A stretch of DNA of 64,000 nt from Calcarisporiella thermophila CBS 279.70. Its lineage: Eukaryota; Fungi; Calcarisporiellomycota. The stretch is from the NCBI RefSeq assembly GCF_041956535.1, contig NW_027192198.1, positions 62,001 through 126,000 on the forward strand, read 5' to 3'. Under the pieces are notes generated by a model. It ran no database searches and was not told where the DNA came from. It was given only the letters and a program-made list of their open reading frames with translations. Within the stretch, counting starts at the first letter, position 1, and every line of letters begins with the position of its first letter. This document shows positions 25,681-36,537 of this stretch, piece after piece. The translations under genes and the position numbers were made by a program.

Positions 25681-27364
25681 ATGCGGGAAATCATCCATGT
25701 CCAAACCGGTAATCCTCATCATCAGTCCATCTCGCCTTCTCTTGTCAACCCCCACCCCCTCTCCCCTCCCCTCCCCTCTCCTTCCCATGATGGACGCGTT
25801 TTGGAATTGGCCTAATACCCATTCTCTTCCCTTGTAGGCCAATGCGGTAACCAAGTAGGGCAGAAATTCTGGGAGATTATCTCTCAAGAACACAGCATCG
25901 ATTCCTCCGGTCTCTACACGGGTAATGACGATACGCAGATCCAATGTGCCAATGTGTACTACAACGAGGCGGTGGGAGGACGCTATGTCCCCCGTGCAGT
26001 CTTAGTCGATTTGGAGCCAGGTAATGGATCCCGCCCACCTGCATCTGTTTGTCTCTCTCTAATCCAGACCTTGTCATCTGAACCATTACTCCAGGCACTA
26101 TGGACTCGATCCGCGCAGGTCCCTACGGCAAGCTCTTCCGCCCCGACAACTTTGTCTTCGGCCAGTCTGGCGCAGGAAACAACTGGGCCAAGGGCTATTA
26201 CACGGAGGGCGCCGAGCTTGTGGAGAACATCCTCGACGTCCTCCGCCGCGAGGCTGAGCACACCGACTGCCTTGTCGGCTTCCAGGTCTGCCATTCCCTC
26301 GGAGGTGGCACCGGCTCCGGCCTGGGCTCTCTCCTGCTCTCGAAGATCCGGGAAGAGTATCCCGACCGGATGCTGTGCACCTTCTCGGTCGTGCCCTCGC
26401 CCAAGGTCTCCGACACCGTGGTGGAGCCCTACAACGCCACCCTCTCGGTGCACCAGCTCGTGGAGAACTGCGACGCCACCTTCTGTATCGATAACGAGGC
26501 CCTCTACGACATCTGCCACCGCACGCTGAAGCTGCAGAACCCGTCCTACGAGGACCTGAACAAGCTGGTCACCTCCGTCATGAGCGGCATCTCCACCTCG
26601 CTCCGCTTCCCCGGCCAGCTGAACGCTGACCTGCGCAAGCTGTGCGTGAACATGGTCCCCTTCCCTCGCCTGCACTTCTTCATGGTTGGCCACGCCCCGC
26701 TCACCGCCGCCGCCAACAGCGCCTACACCAACCTCAGCGTCCCCGAGCTGACCGCCCAGATGTTCGACAGCCGCAACATGATGGCCGCCTCCGACCCGCG
26801 CCACGGTCGCTACCTCACCGTCGCCACCGTTTTCCGAGGCAAGGTCTCGACCAAGGAGATCGAGGAGCAGATGCTCAATGTGCAGAATAAGAACTCGGCC
26901 TACTTCGTGGAGTGGATCCCGAACAGCGTCACCACCGTGCACTGCAACATTCCTCCGGTGGGCACACCCGTCAGCGGCACGTTCATTGGAAACTCCACCG
27001 CCATCCAGGACCTCTTCAAGCGCATCCATGATCAGGTAGAGTGCTTTTTTTTTTTGATTCTTTCCCCTCTTTGCGGGACTCGAGTTGATTCGGACCAGTT
27101 GGGATTTTGTGATCGCTCTACCGATAACTAACCGCCGTGCCTTTTCTTTTTCTCCCCTAGTTCACGGCCATGTTCCGCCGCAAGGCTTTCTTGCACTGGT
27201 ACACGGGCGAGGGCATGGACGAGCTGGAGTTCAGCGAGGCAGAGTCCAACATGAACGATCTTGTGTCGGAGTACCAGCAGTACCAGGAGGCCACCGCGGA
27301 CGAGGAGTATGAGGAGTATGAGGAGGAGGTGGCGCATGAGCACGGCGAAGAGCACGAGATCTAG
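25681..27364 (+). CDS. tub2: Beta-tubulin (divergent)
   Basis: [29 protein letters not shown] and [17 protein letters not shown]. Three introns. Confidence 0.95.
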
Positions 27365-27776
27365 ACATATTCACATAATGAAAATTTCAACATGTTTCTC
27401 AAATCGTTTCTATTTCGTTTGTTTTTTTTTATTTTTACTACTACTACTACTACTCCGGATTAAAAAAAGGATCCATTCTTATCACCTGAGAGCCCCCAAG
27501 GCGCAAATATATCTCTTGCAAAATACACACGCATCTCTCATCAGCCGCCTGCTCGGCCTGCCTTTCCCTTTTTCCGGTTTGAAAGAGGAACGAGCGTGTG
27601 ACCGGATAAAATATACCCATTCAACGGGTCTTGATTGAGGGTGACCCGAAGGGCAAACTTTCTCCTATTTCCAGCATAAGCCATTTTCAGGCCATCGCAC
27701 CACCTAATTTAACTTGGAAGTTTATCTCGCATCATTTTTTACTCTAAGGTCTAGTTTTCCTTATTCGTGCGCCAGT

Positions 27777-28868
27777 ATGCGGAAGGCCTTGGCCCTGGCC
27801 CGCCGTTCCCCCACTTTTTTTCGCACAGGCCGGCCTTGTCTCTATTTAAACCACGGCAACCGCCCATCCTCTCGCTCGAATTCCCAGCAGTTATTCTCAA
27901 CCTCCATACCCTTCCTCAAGCAACGCATCATGTTCCGCAACCCCCACAAGCTACTGCTTCCCCTGACCCCAGACACTCCCCCCGATGACACCCACCTGGC
28001 GAACTATGTCTACGCCCACTCCTCCCCGCCCCCCCATCCCGCGCTGGACCGCTTGCGAGCCGAGACGATCGAAAAGTCGGGAGCGGCCGAGATGCAGGTT
28101 TCTCCGCTGCAGGGCGCCACGCTCTACCACTTCGCCCGCATCAAGGGAGCGAAGCGTATCCTCGAGATCGGGGGCTTCACGGGCTACTCGGGAATATGCC
28201 TTGCCCTCAGCGGTGCTCATGTGATCAGTCTCGAACTGGAGCCCCGATACATCGAAGTGGCGAAACGATATGCGAAGGAGTGTGGCGTGGAGGAGCGGCT
28301 GGACATCATTCAGGGCGATGCCAAGGAATCGTGAGTGCACCTCTGCTCTGTCGTATTGGAGGATTCGCTGACTTTGCTATTTCTCCTCTTGCTGCAGGTT
28401 GCAGAAGCTGTCCCCCGAAAATCCCTTCGATCTCATATTCATTGGTAGGCCATCGTAAAGCCCCTTCTTCGCCCCATTGTGCTGCTCCCCCTAACTCTGA
28501 TCTCTGTTGTAGACGCGGACAAAGGCAGCTACATCGATTACTACGACACCATCCTCGAAAAAGGGCTCCTCGCCCCCGATGGGGTCATTCTCGTGGATAA
28601 CGGTAAGTGGCCTCTTGCTGCTCCCGCTCGGACCACCCCCCATCTCACCCTTTGCACGGTCCCATTGATAGTCCTCTTCTTCGGCTACGTCTTCAATGAT
28701 CTCTCCCAGTACCAGTCCCTTCCCAAGTCCCGCTGCAACACGGCCGAGCATCTGAAGAAATTCAACGCACATGTGCAGGCCGATCCCCGCGTTGAGAAGC
28801 TGGTGTTGCCATGGTTCGACGGATTGACCGTCATTCAGCACAAGCTCTCCGGTGCCCACAAAAAATAA
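27777..28868 (+). CDS. Cation-dependent O-methyltransferase (caffeoyl-CoA OMT/COMTD1 family), possible mitochondrial presequence
   Basis: ILEIGGFTGYSG, FDLIFIDADK, GVILVDNV and DPRVE..LP.FDG motifs. The N-terminus is Arg-rich and lacks acidic residues; an alternative start lies at 27930. Confidence 0.85.
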
Positions 28869-29053
28869 GGAGTCCTTGCTTTATTTTCATTCTGTATATC
28901 CACTTGGGCTAACAATAAAGAAGATGCCAAAATAATATGGATGGTTTTGGTTAATCAAGGGATGAGGGGGAGGGGGTTGGGAGCACAATCTGCTTTGAAA
29001 AGCAGTCCGCTCCGAGAAGCTCGGGGATGAACGTTCTCCCTTGGGAGCAAAAG

Positions 29054-30331
29054 CTAATCTAGCTTCTTCAGCCACTCGGCCACCCGTTTCCCAAGCACGT
29101 CCGCGTGCCGGAAAGTGAAGGCATGGGGTATGTTGTCGGGGCAGAGATGCACCATGCCCCCGCTCGCCAGCAGCTCGAGCATCCGGTGGTGGTGCGCCTC
29201 GGGGGCCCAGGAGTCGACCGACGAGTAGTAGAAGATCAACTTTTCGGACGACGCGCGATAGAAAATCTCGTCCAACTCCTTGATCTCGAGCATTTCTTCA
29301 AACGAGAGGGGTCAGCTACCAGTCAAAGCGCCCTCTAGCATAAACCAAATACCATTGTGAGCCATGTATAGCACATTGCGCAGCACGTGCCCGTTCAACA
29401 GCTTGTGGGCGGTGACCTCCAGCCCTGGCGAGGTTTGCCCGGTCAGGGTGCGCACAAGATGAAGAAAGACGACCGACGGCAAAAGGGCGCGCAGCAAGTC
29501 GCATCCATAGGAGAGCATCATCCTTGGGAACCTGTAGAACAAAGGCTGAAGAGCAGGTGGCCAAGCAATAAAGAAGAGAGCCGAGAATGGAAGTTTGGTT
29601 AATGAACCACATGATTAGGACTCGGAGCCCTTGGAGCCATGGTCCACACGTACCGAAAGTTTTGCTCCATTGGGGGTCTTACCAATCTCATACACGGTCG
29701 GGAAAAGCGCGATAACCTTTTGCACATATTGCTCACGCTCTCGGAGCACCTCTCCAGAAATGTAGGCGCCCACAGAATGCCCAATGAGCACAAATCGGGT
29801 GCCCTTGGGGCGGGTGGCGATGAGCTCATCGAGACATCGCACCTTGTGCTGGATCTGTTCCGCAAGAGAGTAGACTCTATCGTGGTGCGAGGGCGGATTG
29901 TGTGGGCCGGGAGAATGGCCCAAATGGGAGACTATGATTGTGGAGTGTCAGCAATGTGAGTACAGAGATGGTTTCACAAGATACTTGCCGCCGACTATCT
30001 CGACGTGACCATCAAAGGCGTCATAGAGGACATTGAAAAAGGGCTCGTAATAGTCGACCAACCCAGGATTTCCCTGAAAGTTATTACAACACCGTGTTAG
30101 TCGCTGAATTCTAGACGACCCCAATGTTTTCTCCATCCTCCCCGCCTCCTCTCAAAAATAGGACCCATTGTATATATATATATATATATATACCGGAATA
30201 AAGAGCACCACCATGTTCTTTTCCGACCCTTCTACGGCAGGCCACCAGAGGGTTTCAGTCGATTCAGGGACATTCCAAACCGCACGAAGAGGCACTTTAA
30301 AACGAAATCGATCTAGCATCTTTTCTCCCAT
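29054..30331 (-). CDS. Lipid droplet-associated serine hydrolase (LDAH family)
   Basis: LFIPGNPGLVDYY, GHSVG nucleophile elbow, LFPTV.EI..TPNG, DSW and IPHAF motifs. Multi-exon. Confidence 0.85.
30171..30192. repeat. (TA)n microsatellite in the first LDAH intron
   Basis: Direct run tatatatata... of about 11 units. Confidence 0.85.
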
Positions 30332-30427
30332 AAATAAACTTCCCCCTTCTCAGGAGATAGCGGTGAGATTTTTGTTCGAGACTTTTTGTAGCAAGCTCTC
30401 CGCAGAGCAGTCACAGCTAAATGAGAA

Positions 30428-30433
30428 ACGCGT
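30428..30433. promoter_or_regulatory. MCB element (ACGCGT) in the POL31/LDAH divergent promoter
   Basis: Exact ACGCGT about 60 nt upstream of the POL31 ATG. Confidence 0.5.
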
Positions 30434-30493
30434 TATTTTCGTGTCCATTTCTTTATTTTTATTTTCCCCTGGAGCCAGGAAGAAGCATGAACG

Positions 30494-32522
30494 ATGAGCT
30501 CTGCCAATAACCACTCAACGGCCATCGTGCATCGACACACCTCCTCATATAATGATCTTCCCGAATTGCGGGATACTTTTCTCATCAAAGGCCGCCATTA
30601 TGAGCAGCAGTACGCTAATTTGTACTTTGTTCGGTTGCTGCAGCTACGCAAAATCGTGCATGAGGAGGCAAAAAGGCGTTGGGGCAAGTTGAAGCTGAAA
30701 GGTGGATGAGTCTGCTCTGCGGTATAGAATGATCGGCGAGATAGCTAATGATCTGCCCTCTCTCCTCCTTCACTAATGTTGACAGGGCACTTGCGTGAAC
30801 CAAAATTCGTCGAGAAAGTCCTAGACGTTCCCCCAGGGGAACTCTGCTACATCATAGGAACCGTATACATGGATATGGAGTTCAAGCCGTGTATTCTTGA
30901 TGACATTGGGCAGGAGGTATGTTTTTGTTGGCGTTCCCATCCATTCTAGGCGAATGATAATCATAGCATTACGAATGCATGATAGTATCAACTCAATACG
31001 GTGCCGCTAAAGCCCAAATATACCAGTCCTAAAGATGAGGTGATGCTGGAAGATGAGTCTGGGCGAGTGAAACTCTTCGGCCAGAGACTGAAAAATGAAA
31101 TGCTTGTCACAGGTGATTTTCGTTCATTCATTTTGGATTCACCTTATCAAGGCATGGCAGCTGACCTAGCTTTCTCTCTTAGGAATCATCATATCGGTCC
31201 TGGGCATGGAGACGCCTGCTGGGGGATTTGAGGTGCTGGACTTTTGTGTCCCTGGGCTGGCGCCACAGATACCCTATAGTCCCATGGAGACCGGTGAATA
31301 GCTTCTCTTGTCGAGGCCACTCTAAGTGATTTTAACCGTTCCACCTTGCAATAGAAACCAAGTATGTCGCACTCGCCTCCGGGCTCAACATAGGCGATGA
31401 TGCCTCAGAAACGGTGGAGCTCTCGATGCTATTGGAGTATCTTACTGGAGAACTGGGAAGTATAGACGTAAGTTGAATCACAGCCGTGCACACTGGATCG
31501 GGCTATCGGCTCTAACCCACGGTTGATTCACCACTCCCTTAGGACCAGAAATTGAGCTCGCGGATAGTGCGTGTTGTGCTGGCTGGCAATTCCTTTGCGA
31601 AGCCGAAACAAGTAGAGGATGACAAAAAGACAGTGAGGACCGGGCCGCCGAATTATTTTGTTTTTAAATAATAATTGACTGTTTTATTTCACGGATTAGA
31701 AAAAATATGGCTACGATAGTACCACCTATGACGCCTCTCCGATCAAACACGTAGATCGGTTTCTTGCCCAGCTCACCTCATCCATAAGCGTGGACGTGAT
31801 GTCTGGCGCGCAGGATCCAGCCACTGTTCATCTACCCCAGCCTCCCTTGCATCCCTCCCTCTTTCCTAACTCATCTTGCGACTCGACCCTGAAGACCGTC
31901 ACCAATCCCTACTGGTTTGAGCTCGACGGTGCCATGTAAGCCATCGAATTGCGCGGGCTGCTCTATTCTCTGAGAAAACTGAATTTCTCTTCCCTCCACC
32001 ACTCCCTAGCTTTCTGGGCACCTCAGGGCAGCCCTTAGACGACATGGACAAGTACATGCCGGAGGATGCTGAGGACATGCGACTTCCCATCACGGAGCGG
32101 ACCCTGTTCTGGAGGCATATTGCGCCGACCTGTCCGGACACGCTATGTAAGCACCTAGCCCCAATCTCAAAAAAGGCGCCCGCCTTGCTGACCATCCCGT
32201 CTAACCTTTCTATCCTACACACCAACAGGGTGTTATCCCTTCCGAGATATGGACCCCTTCATCATGCAGCAGTGCCCCCACGTGTACTTCGTAGGGAATC
32301 AGCGCGAGTACGCGACAAGCGTCGTAGAAGGTATGCTCTAGAACTTTACTGTGTTTTTGCCACCTACGGGATGAGTAGACGGTTGTGATCTCGATTTTAG
32401 GCTCGGAGGGCCAAAGGTGTCGTGTGGTGCTTGTCCCCTCTTTTTCGGAGACCAAGACCATCGTCTTAGTGAATCTCAGCACCCTGGAATGCACCCCTCT
32501 TTCATTTCGTGTAAAACTGTGA
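30494..32522 (+). CDS. POL31: DNA polymerase delta small subunit (Pol31/POLD2)
   Basis: YEQQYANLYFVRL, LEDESGRV, LPQPPLHP, TNPYW, GTSGQP, WRHIAPTCPDTL and PHVYFVGNQ across about 10 exons. Confidence 0.92.
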
Positions 32523-33381
32523 TCTATTCATGTTTATTTTTGGGAATGCGTCTCTTCTCTCCCCCGCCCTTTCCCCCTCTCGCCCTGCTCCCCTCCCCTC
32601 CCCCTCCTCCCCCCCTCTAGCTTGCCCTTTTGACGGCGGCCTATTCATCCTTGCACTGAAACATTTCTCTTTCACATGCTATGAAGACCCTACCGGTGAT
32701 TTTCCAAATGAAATGAAATGATAGTCACGCAATATAGGATTCCCGAGATTAGAGACACCTTCTCAACTCAGAAAGCTCCCCTCGGAGCACGCTATGACCT
32801 TTGATTCCCGGATGAAAGGTTGCCCTTCTGTAGTTGGCACGGAGGAAGAAAAAAAAACCTCTGGCCAATTCGCTATTGAAAAAGCGAAAGGGTTTGCGAG
32901 TCATAGCCCAAGCCAATTCGGCCCAAATTGCCTAGTGACTCGCCTCATTCACATCCAGATGATGAGACTTGGCACCGATTGAACTCTTTCCAACTCAGAT
33001 GGACGGACTTTTCGCGAAGCTTTTATTTGTATTAAAAAACCTCTTAGGTAATATGATAACCAAATAGGCCCCAGCAGTAGTAAGAGACTCGACCCGGAGT
33101 TGGCTGGGGCAGAGTAACAGAGGAACGAAAGAATCAAAGAGGAAAAATAGACAAACAGACTATAATGAATGCAGGAAACACTACAAACCGGCTGTGGCGG
33201 GAGAAAAACAAAAAGAGCCAGCCTTTTTTTTTTAAGGAGTGACGAGCAGAAAAAAACGCAAAGGAGAGTGACTCACGGTACTGAAACGTTCGTGGAGGAT
33301 GTTACGGAATACTAATTTTGCTGGTTGGTGCGTCGAAAGTGCCAGCTTTCACGTGGAAGCAAGAGCAGGGGCGACGGCGAG

Positions 33382-33510
33382 CTACCACAGGCAGGGCTCC
33401 ATCGGGTCGTGCCGAGCCCAGCATCGCTTGCAGACCGGCTTTTCCGACTCCTGGCGCTCGACGCAGGGGGTTGGAATGGGGATGAATGGGCGCTTGATTT
33501 TATCGCACAT
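33382..33510 (-). CDS. Putative 42-aa microprotein with a CxxC-x3-H-x5-C motif
   Basis: MCDKIKRPFIPIPTPCVERQESEKPVCKRCWARHDPMEPCLW*, flanked by consensus GTGAGT introns at 33564-33623 and 33192-33276. Confidence 0.45.
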   Translation of the reverse strand: MCDKIKRPFIPIPTPCVERQESEKPVCKRCWARHDPMEPCLW

Positions 33511-34964
33511 GGGTTGGGATTGGAAGATGCCGAAGAATCGAGTTGCAAATGGGGGACTGGAGAGCTAAGGAAACGGGATCCATTAGTCAGGCCAGGGGCT
33601 TCGGCAGGCATGCATTCACTCACCGTGCTTGAAATTCAGAATGGAGATGCTTTTGGACGCAGCGGCGATGGCAGCAGAGAGATCAATCTCTAGTCGACCT
33701 TGTTGGCTTTTATCTTTTCTCGGCCAGCGAGCGGCGGGGCAGTGGCAGATGAGGAACGGCGACCGGGCGGATGGAGTGGAGGAGAGGGAGAGAAGAAGAA
33801 GGTCAAGACCTCCGAGGCACTCACTGGTGTTTCTATTGACAAATTGGATGATTGGGCCGGGGGATTTGGCCGGGTGTACGACGCTCGATTCATGGTACGG
33901 CCTCGGCCAATCCGCGCGCGCGCCCTTAATTAAAATCTCAATATTTGTATTCATTCTGGTCGGAACGGGTGTGACAAGAAGGCCATGCAGTGCGAAGCGC
34001 TTGCTTGCTGGCCGTGATTTTCAGGCTATCCACTCCTTGGATTCGGGCCACTAAACCCTTATTCGCCCTAGCCCCCTCCTATCCTTAGCCCTCGCGCGAC
34101 AATCCTCGTCAGCTCGCCCACGGAGCTCGACAAGAAGGAAACCAATCTGCTACGCTTGGCGGGTGCCTCGGCCTTTGCCCACCCGCCCCTCCTCAGCCTT
34201 CGCCCCCTCCGGCCTCCGCCCAGACCGGCCCCGCCCCCTCCCAGCCCCACGTGCGCCTCCCGGCTTCTTTTGCCGCTCGCCTCCAAGAGGGCGCGGCAGG
34301 GCCGGCGGTCGAGAATCAGGCCTCTATTGCAATGCCTGCTTGAAACTGCTTGGGAAGCTTCCCGAGACCCGTTCCCGAAAAAGATTGGTTAATCTTCCGT
34401 GATCAGGAGTCTCTCCTGAGTTTGCTTTTTCCGTTCGATAGAGTGTCACAGGGCTGGAGACGGTGTTCAGGCATCGCGTGGTTTCTTCAAAGCGGGGAGC
34501 TTGCTATTGTCTGGAGCCCAAAGGCGGCCGTGGGGGTGGATGGGAATCGAGTGTACTATGGGCCCCATTGGAGAAGCGCCAAGAGTTTGGGGGGCTCTTC
34601 GCGTTCGGTAGAGAAAAGAGGGGAGCCGCGGGCAAAGAAATGGAAACCATGGCGTTTCTCATGGCCACGGCCGAAATTAGAATTGCCATGTCTTCTCCTC
34701 AGATCCGGTTTGCACCGCCCTGATATGGCGGGCGACCAGCCCGGTTTCTCGCAAGGTAACGTGGAAATGGTCTGGGACGCGAGGGGGAGAGGGGGAGCTG
34801 GCTTGTGCCTGGGCTCGAAACAGCGGGCCCATCCCCTCCCCGCAATAATGATCTGCGGGTGACTGCTTACCAATGCCGGCCTGCCGTCCTCCCCCATAAA
34901 CAACCTCGATTTGTGAAAGGGCTAGGAGAAGAAAAAAAGCGCGCTTAACCATACCCGTAACCCG

Positions 34965-36310
34965 ATGGGCAGGAAACAGCACGCTGGGCCTAAAAACCCA
35001 CCCCTTGCATCCACGGCTGACAAGCACAGCCTTTACCACGAGTCGGTGCAGGCTCCTCGGCGCGAATGCCAAACCCTCGCCAATATCTACCGCCACCTGT
35101 CCCAGCAACATCCCATCATCCCCCCACGCATCCTGCGCGAGGACTTTTGTGGCACGGCCATCCTGTGTCACGAATGGGTGCACAGGGACGTGAACAGGGA
35201 GGCCATCGGCATCGATCTCGACAAGGAGGTTCTGGAGTACGGCAGGCGTCGCCTGGAAGACAGCGTCGAGGGGGAGCGAGTGAGGCTGGTGCATGAGGAT
35301 GTGAGAAAAGTCAAGGGCCTCAAGGCCGACATTCTGTGCGCCTTAAACTACGGGATCTGGTGAGTCGATTCGAGTCTGCTTCATCGTTTGCCGGTTAAAT
35401 TAAAATCAATTTGCCCACGCTACCTACATCGATCCAGCTATCTTCATAAACGCCGTGAACTCGTTAGCTACCTGCGCAACTGTAAAGAGGATTTGAACGA
35501 GAATGGAGTCTTTATTTGCGATCTGTTCGGCGGGTTGACCGCCCATACTGGACAGTACGGGCGCAAACATAGAGGCTCGAACTTTGAGGTAGTGAATCCC
35601 CCCTCTCTCTCCGTTCTCATGGGTCTCTCTCCTAAGGACTGAGCTTAGTTTTGCAATGCCTTGTTTATACAGTACTTTTTTGAGCAAACCCCTGTGGACA
35701 CCGTGTCCAGCTTGGCCAAATGTCGGCTCCACTTCCGCTTCGAAGATGGGAAGCTCGCTCATTACTGCAGTGTTCTCCATGGCTCAAAACGCTGAACACG
35801 ACTTTTTTTCCCCCTCATACAGGTAGCTGGATGAAGAACGCGTTCTCGTACGAATTTCGCCTCTACACTATCCGAGAGGTAAGCTCTAGCTTCCCGGCTC
35901 CCATGCGGCTTTCCATGACGAGATATTTCTACTGACTTTGCTAGGTCCGTGAAGCAATGGAGGAGGCCGGCTTCACCCAGACCCACATCTGGATATCACG
36001 CGCAAAGTCGAAACGTTCGCACGCTAATCGCACGGAAGAAGACGAGATAGACGACGAGGAGTCTGCTGACGAGGATGATGAGGACGAGGACGAGGACGAG
36101 GACGAGGAGGATGAGGACGAAGAGGACGCCGATGACGAGTACCAAAAAGTGGAGGGGGATCATTATCCGGCGCTAAAATCCTGGAATGGCAAGTATCTCT
36201 CCTACTTATTCGCTGGTTTTACAAAGGCCCCACTGACCTTCTTTTTCTCGTATGGGTGTCTTCTGGTTTTCCCTCGGAGAACAGCTTATCTGGTCGGTAA
36301 AGTGGAATGA
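34965..36310 (+). CDS. Class I SAM-dependent methyltransferase-like protein with acidic insertion
   Basis: ADKHSLYHESVQ, LREDFCGTA, AIGIDLD, DILCALN, FICDLFGG and EEAGF motifs. About 5 introns; D/E tract at ~36040-36140. Confidence 0.75.
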
Positions 36311-36537
36311 CCGTTGTTTATTATTATTGGATGCAAATGCTAAAATGCTTCGTGGTGAATATTTTTGTTATTATGTAAATAAAATAAAAAAAGGAGCGAT
36401 ATAAAGAGGAAAAAAAAAAAAAAACTTCAAGTCGTAAGTACAGAATAGGTATCCTCCCCCCAAGCTATCTTCACAAATATCCACAGAGTATTAAGATAAA
36501 TAAAACAGTGATAATAAAGGAGTCTATCTTAACTATA

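Noticed and set aside
25983-27029. 348-aa minus-strand ORF
   Set aside because: Antisense shadow of the GC3-rich beta-tubulin exon; no independent motifs.
34068-34903. GC-rich ORFs between the microprotein and the methyltransferase
   Set aside because: Low-complexity Pro/Arg/Gly translations with non-ATG starts; more likely promoter or UTR sequence.
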